Source: an uncultured Flavobacteriia bacterium (lineage in GTDB: Bacteria > Bacteroidota > Bacteroidia > Flavobacteriales_D > Crocinitomicaceae). From it: 64,000 bases of DNA. The stretch is from NCBI GenBank assembly GCA_903873915.1, contig CAIQQH010000100.1, positions 17,759 through 81,758 of the forward strand. Direction: 5' to 3'. The position numbers were made by a program, and so were the translations under genes. A model generated the notes under the pieces. The model did not search any database and was not told the origin of the DNA. It saw only the letters and a list, made by a program, of their open reading frames with translations. Shown here piece after piece: positions 35,654 to 44,676 of this stretch. The number at the start of each line of letters is the position of its first letter. The stretch's first letter is position 1.

Positions 35654-37531
35654 ATGCAAGAAGCGAAGCGCACCGTTATTGATGGATTCAAGCTCCTCCT
35701 ATTCTGGATTCTGGTATTTGATGTTCAACGCATCATCTTCTCACTGCACAACTACGATAAATTCACGGATGTCTCTTGGGGAGAGTGGTTTCAGGCCTTT
35801 ATCTTTTCCTTGCGCTTGGATTTAGCCACTGCAGGTCTTTTGAGTTTGTTGCCAATGTTGATCCTGATCACCGGAATTTTCTTCAAAAAACCATGGCACA
35901 GAAAACTCTTCTTCGGCGCAATGCTCATCGAAATCATCCTGTGCTCCATGATCCATGGTGGTGAAATCAATGCCTACCCGGAATGGAACCATAAGTTGAA
36001 TACACGCGTTTTCACTCACTTACTTAATCCGGGTGAAGTTTTCCGAACGGCCGATTACGGGATGACCATTTGGTTCATCATTTATGCGGTGATTGAAACT
36101 GTCATCGGATTTTTCATCTTGAAGAAACTCTATCCACCAAAAACTGCATATCCCAAAAAGAGTGCTTGGTACATTGCAGCACCCATTTCTATCGTGTTGC
36201 TTAGCAGTTTTACTGGATTATTTATCGTGCTTGGCCGCGGTGGATTTCAACAAATCCCCATCAACATCGACGCCGCCTATTATTCAAAAAACTATGTGTC
36301 GAATGACTTATCTGTCAATTCCGTCTACTATTTTACCAAGAGTTTTATGCTCTACAACCGTAGTGAAATCGGCAACTTGTTTCCGCAAATTTCCGAGAAA
36401 AAAAGCAAGCGTTTGCTGAAAGATCTTTACACTTACCCGCGAGAACATACTGTTGACATTCTGAACAACGATAAACCAAATGTCGTTTTTATTATCCTGG
36501 AAGGCTGGACGGCTGATGCCGTAGGATGCCTCAACAATGGACGTGGGGCAACGCCACATTTTGATGCCTTGGCAAAAAATGGTGTGCTCTTCACGAACAT
36601 TTATGCTGCGGGAAGCACTTCAGAAATTGGCAATGCAAGCATCTTCGCGGGTTACCCTGCCCTACCGGAGATTTCTATTTCCATGCAGCCAGACAAACAC
36701 CGGAAACTTCCATCGATCAATCAAGACCTCAAGAAGTGGGGATATACTTCGCATTACCTTTTTTCTGGGGATTTAAAATACGGAAACATCGGGGGATTTT
36801 TCATCGACCATGGTTTTGATGTCGTAGAAGATGAAAATGAATTCCCCACGAACCTTCCACATGGGAAACTCAATTATTACGACGAAGCCTTGTACTCCTT
36901 ATTGCTGAAAAAAATCAATCAGACCAAAGGACCATTTATGCACTGTGCCTTTACCGGAAGCACCCATTCGCCTTATGATTTCCCCAAAGGAAAAGCGCCC
37001 GTATGGAAAGGTACAGAAGCGAAATTTATGTCATCGGTGTTCTATGCCGACCATTGCTTAAATAATTTCATCAAGGCCTGTAAAAAGGAAAAATGGTACA
37101 AGAATACGATTTTCGTTCTCGTAGCCGACCATGGGCATGCGTCGCCTTTCAATACCAATCCAAGTGTCGCTCAATTTTTCCGAATTCCACTCTTGATCTT
37201 CGGAGAACCAATTAAAACAGAATGCCGTGGCAAGCGCATCAATGCCGTAGGTTCACAATCGGACATTGCCACAACGCTACTGCGTCAAATGCACGGCGAT
37301 GTGAAACACTACCCATGGAGCAAGGACTTACTTAATCCAAATGTCCCACAATTTGCATTGCATACTATCATCCGAGGCTATGGTTGGGTGACGCCTAAAG
37401 GGCATTTCACGTGGCACATGGACGGAAAAATGTTCCAAGAGAACACCTTCGATGCACAGCACATTGGAAAAGAAAGGAAGCGTTGTCACGCTTTCATGTC
37501 TCTTCTTTATGAGCAATACAAGTCACTCTGA
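35654..37531 (+). CDS. LTA-synthase-family sulfatase-fold membrane protein (phosphoglycerol/phosphoethanolamine-transferase-like)
   Basis: Five N-terminal TM helices followed by an alkaline-phosphatase-superfamily domain: VVFIILEGWTAD, AAGSTSEIGN (nucleophile-Thr region), VLVADHGH. Confidence 0.7.
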   Translation: MQEAKRTVIDGFKLLLFWILVFDVQRIIFSLHNYDKFTDVSWGEWFQAFIFSLRLDLATAGLLSLLPMLILITGIFFKKPWHRKLFFGAMLIEIILCSMIHGGEINAYPEWNHKLNTRVFTHLLNPGEVFRTADYGMTIWFIIYAVIETVIGFFILKKLYPPKTAYPKKSAWYIAAPISIVLLSSFTGLFIVLGRGGFQQIPINIDAAYYSKNYVSNDLSVNSVYYFTKSFMLYNRSEIGNLFPQISEKKSKRLLKDLYTYPREHTVDILNNDKPNVVFIILEGWTADAVGCLNNGRGATPHFDALAKNGVLFTNIYAAGSTSEIGNASIFAGYPALPEISISMQPDKHRKLPSINQDLKKWGYTSHYLFSGDLKYGNIGGFFIDHGFDVVEDENEFPTNLPHGKLNYYDEALYSLLLKKINQTKGPFMHCAFTGSTHSPYDFPKGKAPVWKGTEAKFMSSVFYADHCLNNFIKACKKEKWYKNTIFVLVADHGHASPFNTNPSVAQFFRIPLLIFGEPIKTECRGKRINAVGSQSDIATTLLRQMHGDVKHYPWSKDLLNPNVPQFALHTIIRGYGWVTPKGHFTWHMDGKMFQENTFDAQHIGKERKRCHAFMSLLYEQYKSL

Positions 37532-37559
37532 TTTTCCGTGAAATGAATATCTTTAACTC

Positions 37560-38558
37560 GTGAAAATCCTCGTCGTTCGTTTCAGCTCCATTGGTGACAT
37601 TGTACTCACCACACCCGTACTTCGTGCCATCAAAACACAGCGTCCTGAAGTGGAGATTCATTACTTGACGCGCAAGACTTACGCATCACTTCTCGAGAAC
37701 AATCCTCACATCCATCAACTGCATACTTTTGATCAAAGCATCAACGAAATACTGCCAATGCTCAAAAAGGAGCGGTACGACTTCATCGTTGATTTGCATA
37801 AGAATGTGCGCACGCTGCGACTGAAATTAGCGTTAAAGCGGCCATCATGCAGTTTTGAAAAGGAAAATGTCAAGAAGTGGATTTTGGTGAATTTCAAAAA
37901 AGATACACTTCCGAAAGTGCACGTCGTCGATCGCTATTTCTCTGCAGTGAAAAGTTTAAATGTTGTTTCGGACCAAGGGCCTGCAGAATTATTCATTTCT
38001 CCTGAAGAAACAGTTGATACGGATGTTCAGTTTGCTGTTCTACCAAAAAAATACACTGCTGTAGCCATTGGTGCTCAATTCGGAACGAAACGATTGCCCG
38101 AAGACCTTGTCGCGCAAATCATTCAACAAAGTTCGTCTCCAATCCTCATTGTGGGAGGTCAAGAAGACTGTGAACGCGGGAATCGCATTTGTGAACTATG
38201 TCCAGATCGAAAGGTAATCAATACCTGTGGTGAATTGTCCATCATGCAGTCAGCATCCATCGTTGCTCAAAGTTCAAGCTTATTGACCGGAGATACCGGG
38301 ATGATGCACATTGCCGCATGTTTCGATGTGCCAATTGTTAGCGTTTGGGGAAATACTGTGCCTGCATTAGGGATGTATCCGTATTATCCAAATCATTCTG
38401 AAAAGTACAGCATACATGAAGTGCTTGACTTAAGATGTCGGCCGTGTTCAAAAATAGGATTTCAGAAATGCCCAAAGGCCCATTTCAACTGCATGAACTT
38501 GCAAAATAGTGCTGCGATTGCGAAGGACCTTGAAAATCGATCAAGACAAACGGACTGA
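37560..38558 (+). CDS. Glycosyltransferase family 9 (LPS heptosyltransferase-like)
   Basis: (V/M)KILVVRFSSIGDIVLTTPVLRAIK N-terminus typical of GT9, plus ...LLTGDTGMMHIAA.... GTG start. Confidence 0.75.
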   Translation: MKILVVRFSSIGDIVLTTPVLRAIKTQRPEVEIHYLTRKTYASLLENNPHIHQLHTFDQSINEILPMLKKERYDFIVDLHKNVRTLRLKLALKRPSCSFEKENVKKWILVNFKKDTLPKVHVVDRYFSAVKSLNVVSDQGPAELFISPEETVDTDVQFAVLPKKYTAVAIGAQFGTKRLPEDLVAQIIQQSSSPILIVGGQEDCERGNRICELCPDRKVINTCGELSIMQSASIVAQSSSLLTGDTGMMHIAACFDVPIVSVWGNTVPALGMYPYYPNHSEKYSIHEVLDLRCRPCSKIGFQKCPKAHFNCMNLQNSAAIAKDLENRSRQTD

Positions 38559-38560
38559 TT

Positions 38561-39079
38561 TTATTCGTCGCCCAAGAACAATTTTTTCAGTTCCGTTGCC
38601 TCTGAGGGCTTCATTTTACCAGCAAGAATAAGGCTCAATTGTTTTCTACGCAAGGCCCCTTCGAAGCGTTCTTTTTCCTGATCCGTTTCTGGGATGAGCT
38701 CAGGCACTTGAATGGGTGCTCCATATTGGTCAACGGCAACAAAGGTATAAATGGCTTCGTTGCACTTCTCGCGTTGACCTGTGATGGCATCTTCCACAAA
38801 GACATCCACAAAAATCTCCATAGATGAACTAAACGCGCGAGAAACTTTGGCTTCCAATGTCACGATGGACGCATGATTGATCGGCTTCTGAAACGAGACA
38901 TTGTTCACCGATGCGGTTACCACTACCCGTTTGCTGTGACGGTGTGCTGAAACGCTCGCGATAACATCCATCCACGCCAACAATTGTCCACCGAATAAAT
39001 TACCTAAGGTATTTGTGTCATTGGGCAACACAACTTTAGTCGTGATGGAAAGTGTTTCGGATGCGCGTCTCGATTTCAT
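38561..39079 (-). CDS. Acyl-CoA thioesterase (hotdog fold, YciA/BFIT-like)
   Basis: VLPNDTNTLGNLFGGQLLAWMDV motif. Start set to ATG 39079, supported by a -7 box at 39094..39101. Confidence 0.75.
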   Translation of the reverse strand: MKSRRASETLSITTKVVLPNDTNTLGNLFGGQLLAWMDVIASVSAHRHSKRVVVTASVNNVSFQKPINHASIVTLEAKVSRAFSSSMEIFVDVFVEDAITGQREKCNEAIYTFVAVDQYGAPIQVPELIPETDQEKERFEGALRRKQLSLILAGKMKPSEATELKKLFLGDE

Positions 39080-39093
39080 GAAAACTGTTTTGA

Positions 39094-39101
39094 CAAAAGT
39101 A
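39094..39101 (-). promoter_or_regulatory. -7 promoter box (TACTTTTG on the minus strand) for the thioesterase gene
   Basis: Plus strand CAAAAGTA, 14 nt upstream of ATG 39079 and inside the ORF-track extension. Confidence 0.45.
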
Positions 39102-39228
39102 CACTTTTTAACAGTGAGGTTTGCGTAGGATCTATACAAAAACAAGTGTCCACGATCAAAACTATAGTCTTCATTCACCGTGATCCTGAAATTATTGACT
39201 CAAGCATTCCGCATCAACATCCTTTCTT

Positions 39229-39236
39229 TATCTTTG
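39229..39236 (+). promoter_or_regulatory. -7 promoter box TATCTTTG for lipB
   Basis: Exact TAnnTTTG 62 nt upstream of ATG 39299, in the divergent intergenic region. Confidence 0.35.
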
Positions 39237-39298
39237 TGTGCAATCTGATGTCATAGACAGCGATTGCCACAATTTTGTCCCACATTTCAACCAACACG

Positions 39299-39997
39299 AT
39301 GTTGCCACTTGTTCAATACGTACCGCTCGGATTAATCGACTACAAAGAGGCATGGGACCTTCAGGAAAAACTATTCAACGCAACCATTTCCGAGAAAATT
39401 CAAATCCGCAATGGAGCGACAGAGATCGTGACCAAAAATCACTTGTTGTTTTGTGAACATCCTCATGTATTTACTTTGGGAAAGAGCGGTGACGAAGGGA
39501 ATTTGCTCTTAAACGAAGAAGGGCTTGATGCCAACAATGCGACATTTTACAAAATCAATCGCGGGGGTGACATCACGTACCATGGTCCCGGACAACTTGT
39601 CGTTTACCCAATTTTTGACCTCGACCATTTCTTCACAGACATCCACAAGTACATGCGTTTTTTGGAAGAATCAGTGATTTCGACCCTGCGAGAATTCGGC
39701 ATTGAAGGGGGACGAATCGATGGCTTAACGGGTGTTTGGCTTGGAGGAGATACACCAAGACCTCGAAAAATTTGTGCGATGGGCGTGAAAAGTTCACGCT
39801 GGGTCACGATGCACGGCATTGGCTTTAATGTCAATTCGGACTTGAGTTATTTCTCTCACATCATCCCTTGTGGGATCGACGACAAGGCAGTGACATCGAT
39901 GCAACACGAACTGGGCAGGCCATTGGATATGTCTGAAGTTACGGAAGTACTCAAGCAAAAATTGGCCGAACAGTTCAACTTCACCTACACCGAATAA
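39299..39997 (+). CDS. lipB: Lipoyl(octanoyl) transferase
   Basis: INRGGDITYHGPGQLVVYPI and RKICAMGVK motifs typical of LipB. Start ATG 39299 (the track uses TTG 39275). Confidence 0.85.
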   Translation: MLPLVQYVPLGLIDYKEAWDLQEKLFNATISEKIQIRNGATEIVTKNHLLFCEHPHVFTLGKSGDEGNLLLNEEGLDANNATFYKINRGGDITYHGPGQLVVYPIFDLDHFFTDIHKYMRFLEESVISTLREFGIEGGRIDGLTGVWLGGDTPRPRKICAMGVKSSRWVTMHGIGFNVNSDLSYFSHIIPCGIDDKAVTSMQHELGRPLDMSEVTEVLKQKLAEQFNFTYTE

Positions 39998-39999
39998 GC

Positions 40000-41238
40000 A
40001 TGGCAAAGTCAATGAAACGGTTCCTGCGCATTCTGCTCTTCACATGCATTGCATTGATCCTGCTTTTTAATGTGTTCATTGTACTTTCAGGGAGATATTA
40101 TCTCTACACCGGCATCTATCAGACCTATCTGCAAGGACGCATGGGACCAGGCATTTATGACCTCCACAACTTTCCATACCGCACCCTTGAACATTCTACC
40201 CATCCACAACCATGGAAAAATAGCAATGGATACAATGCCATTCAACCGAAAAAGGCAGACATGGACTACATAAATTCCTTAGGTACAAGTGCATTTTTGG
40301 TAATCAAAGGAGACGAGATTATCTACGAGTATTACAATGAAAGTCATTCAAAATCTACAGTCAGCAACGCCTTTTCAGCAACAAAAACAGTAATTGCCTT
40401 TCTCATTGGAATTGCCATCGACGAAGGGGAAATCAAAAGTCTCGATGAAAAAGTAGGCAACTATATCCCAGAATTCAATGAGAAAGGAAGAGAAAAGATC
40501 ACGATACGTCATTTGTTAGTGATGGCGTCAGGATTGGATTGGGAGGAAAGCGGGAAAAATCCTTTATCAGAAAATGCTGAATCCTATTACGGCACGGACC
40601 TCTACGGACTCGTCACACGCCAACATGTTGTTGCTGAACCTGGAAAGGTCTTCAACTACCAAAGTGGAAACACCCAATTGCTTGGATTCGTATTAAAGAA
40701 AGCAACGGGTAAATCGGTCTCAGCGTATTGCAGAGAGAAAATCTTGGAACCAATCGGCGCTGAGAGTGATGCGTATTGGAGTTTAGACAAAGAAAACGGA
40801 GATGAGAAGTCTTTCTGTTGTTTGTACGCCACAGCACGGGACTTCGCCAAGTTGGGTAAAATCCTCATGTACGACGGCCTGGTTGACGGCAAACGGATTG
40901 TTTCCGAAAAGTTTATGCGCGAAGCCAAGCAGCCAGCAAAGATCCGAACCAAGGAAGCATGGAAAAATCTTCGCTATGCACTCCATTTGTGGGTCTATTT
41001 TGACAAGAAATCGACCGTTCATTATTTCCGCGGACTGAAAGGGCAATACATCATCACTGTGCCCGACGAAGACTTAATGGTTATTCGCTTGGGAAATCAG
41101 CGCGATAAAAACTACATTATTCCAGAAGATAAAATGAACAATCGACGTTATATTAAGCGCCATTTATATCAGGTTGAACATTCAGTTGATGTGTTCCGTT
41201 ATTTACAAATTGGAAGAGACATCGCTTCAAAAAATTAG
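40000..41238 (+). CDS. Serine hydrolase, beta-lactamase/PBP-like family
   Basis: N-terminal TM anchor and an S-x-x-K motif (FSATKTV). 412 aa. Confidence 0.65.
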   Translation: MAKSMKRFLRILLFTCIALILLFNVFIVLSGRYYLYTGIYQTYLQGRMGPGIYDLHNFPYRTLEHSTHPQPWKNSNGYNAIQPKKADMDYINSLGTSAFLVIKGDEIIYEYYNESHSKSTVSNAFSATKTVIAFLIGIAIDEGEIKSLDEKVGNYIPEFNEKGREKITIRHLLVMASGLDWEESGKNPLSENAESYYGTDLYGLVTRQHVVAEPGKVFNYQSGNTQLLGFVLKKATGKSVSAYCREKILEPIGAESDAYWSLDKENGDEKSFCCLYATARDFAKLGKILMYDGLVDGKRIVSEKFMREAKQPAKIRTKEAWKNLRYALHLWVYFDKKSTVHYFRGLKGQYIITVPDEDLMVIRLGNQRDKNYIIPEDKMNNRRYIKRHLYQVEHSVDVFRYLQIGRDIASKN

Positions 41239-41242
41239 AGTT

Positions 41243-41653
41243 ATGCGTGAAGAATTGCTAGGTCCAAAGGTTGAAAAGGTAGGGGTTGCCATCATTCAAC
41301 AAATCGATGAAGAGGGAAATACGCTGTACTATGCCTATCTATTGAACCTACGCGATGACATTATGGAAGGAATTATTATCACCAGCACTGGCTATGGTGA
41401 AAATGCAAATACCGGTGAGAAAATAAAAACATCAACCCTTCGTCACTCATTGGAAGTGCTTCTGCCTCAGGAAGCAGCAAAGATTGAACCCCTCATGGAA
41501 GATGTTTTTGCATTGTCAAACGAATATTGGGTGAGTTTTTGGGTGAATGATGTCATGTACGACAAGAAATTCATCTTTTTACCAGAAACAATCACAAAGG
41601 ATAAAATGAAGCTCATTCCACTTTTGGGCGAAAAAGGAATACTTATTAGCTAA
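41243..41653 (+). CDS. Hypothetical protein (136 aa)
   Basis: ORF from ATG 41243, 5 nt after the preceding stop. No motif recognised. The 3' end overlaps the convergent MerR gene by 8 nt. Confidence 0.45.
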   Translation: MREELLGPKVEKVGVAIIQQIDEEGNTLYYAYLLNLRDDIMEGIIITSTGYGENANTGEKIKTSTLRHSLEVLLPQEAAKIEPLMEDVFALSNEYWVSFWVNDVMYDKKFIFLPETITKDKMKLIPLLGEKGILIS

Positions 41654-42518
41654 TTAATGCACCGACTTGTGCCGGTAAATCGCTGATTTCATGTATATAA
41701 TCTTTCACAAGATCTTTTCGTGAATTGATTTGAATTCCCCCTGCAAGCACTGGAATTTTGGCAGATTCTTTTGTTAGTCGCATGAAATAACTCTGCATAA
41801 AATTTTCGTCTACCGCAGTCAACCATGACGTAATCATTGTCTGAGGCTTCAGTTTTTCTATACACAAACACAAGGCATCGTAAGGCACGCTTTGACCGAG
41901 ATAAACTGTCGAAAACCCTTTGTCGCGCAACATAAAATTATAGAACAACAAACTGATTTCATGCTGCTCATGTTCGGGTAGGAACAAAAGTGCATCCACC
42001 GTTTTTTTCTGCGGGATTGGCAAACGATCCGTTTCTGATATGACCTTTTGACGAATCAAGTTTGACATGAAATGCTCTTGCGCAGGATTAATAGTACCGA
42101 CCAACCACATAATGCCAATTCGGTCCAAGAAGGGAATCAATTTATCGGTAAACGTCAAGGTAAGGCCAACAGATTGAATCAAATCGTTCAAGGTATCATG
42201 AAACAAGCGCTCATCCATTTCGATGAGGGCAACGATCAAACGTTCGATGGCAACATCTTCAGCATTCTTTCCATTGCACTCCATCACATGGTCATGAATC
42301 TCTCGGTCAGACATCGTGGCAATCTTGGATATTTTAAATCCACAACGGTTTAAAATGGAAATATTGATGCAGCGTGTAAGGTCATCGTCTGAATAGGTAC
42401 GAATCTGAGTGTCTGTTCGTTCAGGGGAAAAGAGCGTGTAGCGTTTTTCCCAAATTCGAATGGTGTGCGCCTTAATGCCGCTCAACACTTCTAAATCACG
42501 AATCTTATATTCTGCCAT
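41646..42518 (-). CDS. MerR-family transcriptional regulator with a C-terminal cobalamin-binding-like domain (CarH/LitR-like architecture)
   Basis: N-terminal YKIRDLEVLSGIKAHTIRIWEKRY (MerR HTH). The C-terminal LPEHEQHEISLLFYNFMLRDKGFSTVYLGQSVPYDAL resembles the B12-binding E/D-x-H-x-x-G...G..V.YLG...P signature, with Ser in place of Gly. Confidence 0.6.
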   Translation of the reverse strand: MAEYKIRDLEVLSGIKAHTIRIWEKRYTLFSPERTDTQIRTYSDDDLTRCINISILNRCGFKISKIATMSDREIHDHVMECNGKNAEDVAIERLIVALIEMDERLFHDTLNDLIQSVGLTLTFTDKLIPFLDRIGIMWLVGTINPAQEHFMSNLIRQKVISETDRLPIPQKKTVDALLFLPEHEQHEISLLFYNFMLRDKGFSTVYLGQSVPYDALCLCIEKLKPQTMITSWLTAVDENFMQSYFMRLTKESAKIPVLAGGIQINSRKDLVKDYIHEISDLPAQVGALIS

Positions 42519-42555
42519 AGGTACGCATCAACGAGGAGATAAGATTCCACTCGTT

Positions 42556-42563
42556 CAAAAATA
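42556..42563 (-). promoter_or_regulatory. -7 promoter box (TATTTTTG on the minus strand) for the MerR-like gene
   Basis: Plus strand CAAAAATA, 37 nt upstream of ATG 42518. Confidence 0.4.
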
Positions 42564-42610
42564 GAACAATAGACTGGACAATTTGTTTTATGTTGAAGAT
42601 AAAACTTCCG

Positions 42611-42618
42611 TATATTTG
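42611..42618 (+). promoter_or_regulatory. -7 promoter box TATATTTG for the 42646 lipoprotein gene
   Basis: Exact TAnnTTTG 27 nt upstream of ATG 42646. Confidence 0.4.
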
Positions 42619-42645
42619 TTTTGATTCGAATGAATTTTACCCTAA

Positions 42646-43269
42646 ATGGCTTTATCAATGGGTTACTGTAATTCACTTATTGTACGATTTTCTTGTCTAG
42701 CACTCTTGTTTTTCCTAGTTCTTTCTGGACTAAATTCATGTGGAACTGAAGATGTTCCCAAAGAAAAATCAACCATTAAATTGGATGAAGACTATTACGA
42801 ATTTCGAGGGATCTCGTTGAATCAATACGACATTCCAGCGATGATTATGTTACCCGATGAAACGGCAAACATAGGTGCATCAACTCGTCCTGAGATTACT
42901 CATCCCGACAGTTTCTTGTGGAGCATCACTCTTGGTACAAAGTTCAAATTGTACATTGAGGATTTTGGAGATTACCGAAACAGAGTAAGCAACAAAAAGA
43001 AAGAACTGAAGGAACAGACCTTATTCAACATTCAATACCTCTACCAATCGAGCGATCTGATTGTTTACGAACGCACCTTGATTGTTCGAGGCTCCAAACA
43101 AGCATCTCCAACGGTTGGTGTTGAACACAAATCATGGCATGTTTACGGGCAAAAAATCATTGACGGAATCACCTATGAACTGCGCAGCAAAGACGAGGGC
43201 TGCAGTAAAAATATCGCTGTGCTCATGGCGAAATCCATCAAATCATTCAAGGCGCTCGATCAGCAATAA
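42646..43269 (+). CDS. Hypothetical lipoprotein
   Basis: Signal peptide with lipobox (LSGLNSC). No other motif recognised. Confidence 0.5.
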   Translation: MALSMGYCNSLIVRFSCLALLFFLVLSGLNSCGTEDVPKEKSTIKLDEDYYEFRGISLNQYDIPAMIMLPDETANIGASTRPEITHPDSFLWSITLGTKFKLYIEDFGDYRNRVSNKKKELKEQTLFNIQYLYQSSDLIVYERTLIVRGSKQASPTVGVEHKSWHVYGQKIIDGITYELRSKDEGCSKNIAVLMAKSIKSFKALDQQ

Positions 43270-43325
43270 ACATTTCATCGCTATCAGTCGTTCTTTCTTC
43301 TGAACATCTTTACTAATTTTATGTC

Positions 43326-44408
43326 ATGGAATTGAACCGTGAAAATGTGCTTGAGGTGCTGGGTGGAATCACCGAGCCGGAGTTGAAGAAAGATATCGTG
43401 ACTCTTAACCTTGTTGAAGGGTTGGAGCTAGGCGATCACTCTATATCGCTGACTGTTTACGTGTCTAATCCCGCGCTACATGCAAGAAAACGCATGCAAG
43501 AAGCGATCGATTTCAATTTAAAACGTGTTTTCGGAAAGGACACTGAAATCAATTGTCAAGTCGCAACCATTCCCGCCGAAGCCAAGCAAGTACGCCGAAA
43601 AATATTGCCTGATGTGAAATTTATCGTGGCTGTCGCTTCGGGAAAAGGCGGTGTTGGGAAATCAACAGTGACGGCAAATCTGGCGGGTGGATTGACAAAA
43701 TCAGGCTATAAGGTCGGTATTGTTGATGCGGACATCTATGGACCAAGTATGCCGACAATGTTTGATGTGGTGGGTGAACGTCCAACCATGTCGGATGTCG
43801 ATGGGAAACCCTTGATCAACCCGGTTGAAAGTCACGGAATAAAATTGCTGTCCATCGGATTTTTTACAGAACAGGACAATGCTGTGGTGTGGCGTGGACC
43901 AATGGCAGCCAAAGCCCTGAATCAATTGTTTACCGATGCGAATTGGGGGGAATTGGATTACTTGCTGATTGACTTACCGCCCGGAACGGGAGACATTCAT
44001 TTGTCCTTGCTGCAATTGCTGCCTTTGGATGGTGTAGTGATCGTAAGTACCCCGCAAGAAGTAGCCTTGGCAGATGCACGACGTGGAATCAATATGTTCC
44101 GCATGGAGGGTGCGAAAGTGCCAATCGTCGGAATCATCGAAAACATGGCGTGGTTCACACCTGCTGAACTGCCTGAAAATAAATACTATATCTTCGGACG
44201 CGACGGCGCGAAAAATTTGGCTGAAGGCATGAATGTGCCCTTTTTAGGGCAAATCCCTTTGGTGCAAAGTGTTCGAGAAGCAGGCGATGCGGGACGACCA
44301 GCGGTTTTTCAAGAAAATAGTCCATCAGCAAAAGCCTTTGACGAATTAGTTCTTACTTTTGTCAAAGAACTGAATGAAATCAATCAGAAAAAACAAGCAA
44401 AGCACTAA
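43326..44408 (+). CDS. Mrp/NBP35 (ApbC)-family iron-sulfur cluster carrier ATPase
   Basis: N-terminal DUF59-like segment (ITEPELKKDIVTLNLV), deviant Walker A VASGKGGVGKST, and a WFTP...Y.FG region. Confidence 0.85.
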   Translation: MELNRENVLEVLGGITEPELKKDIVTLNLVEGLELGDHSISLTVYVSNPALHARKRMQEAIDFNLKRVFGKDTEINCQVATIPAEAKQVRRKILPDVKFIVAVASGKGGVGKSTVTANLAGGLTKSGYKVGIVDADIYGPSMPTMFDVVGERPTMSDVDGKPLINPVESHGIKLLSIGFFTEQDNAVVWRGPMAAKALNQLFTDANWGELDYLLIDLPPGTGDIHLSLLQLLPLDGVVIVSTPQEVALADARRGINMFRMEGAKVPIVGIIENMAWFTPAELPENKYYIFGRDGAKNLAEGMNVPFLGQIPLVQSVREAGDAGRPAVFQENSPSAKAFDELVLTFVKELNEINQKKQAKH

Positions 44409-44411
44409 GCC

Positions 44412-44669
44412 ATGTTGAACAAGCTAGAATTGACCGAAAAAGTGCTGGGCGCCCTTGAGCAATTGCGACCTTTTTTAATGGAAGATGGAGGAGATATTGA
44501 ATTGGTGGAAATCACCGATGATGCTATAGTTCGTGTAAAATTGCTTGGTGCTTGCAGCGATTGTTCGATGAGCATGATGACACTCAAAGCTGGAGTGGAA
44601 GAAGCCGTGAAGAAAGTGGCACCCGAAGTGAAGGCAGTTGAAGCCATAAACATCCCAACTTTCGCGTAA
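44412..44669 (+). CDS. NifU C-terminal-domain (Nfu-like) protein
   Basis: LRPFLMEDGGDIELVEI...VKLLGACSDCSMSMMTLK (CxxC motif). 85 aa, directly after mrp. Confidence 0.85.
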   Translation: MLNKLELTEKVLGALEQLRPFLMEDGGDIELVEITDDAIVRVKLLGACSDCSMSMMTLKAGVEEAVKKVAPEVKAVEAINIPTFA

Positions 44670-44676
44670 CGTCCGC

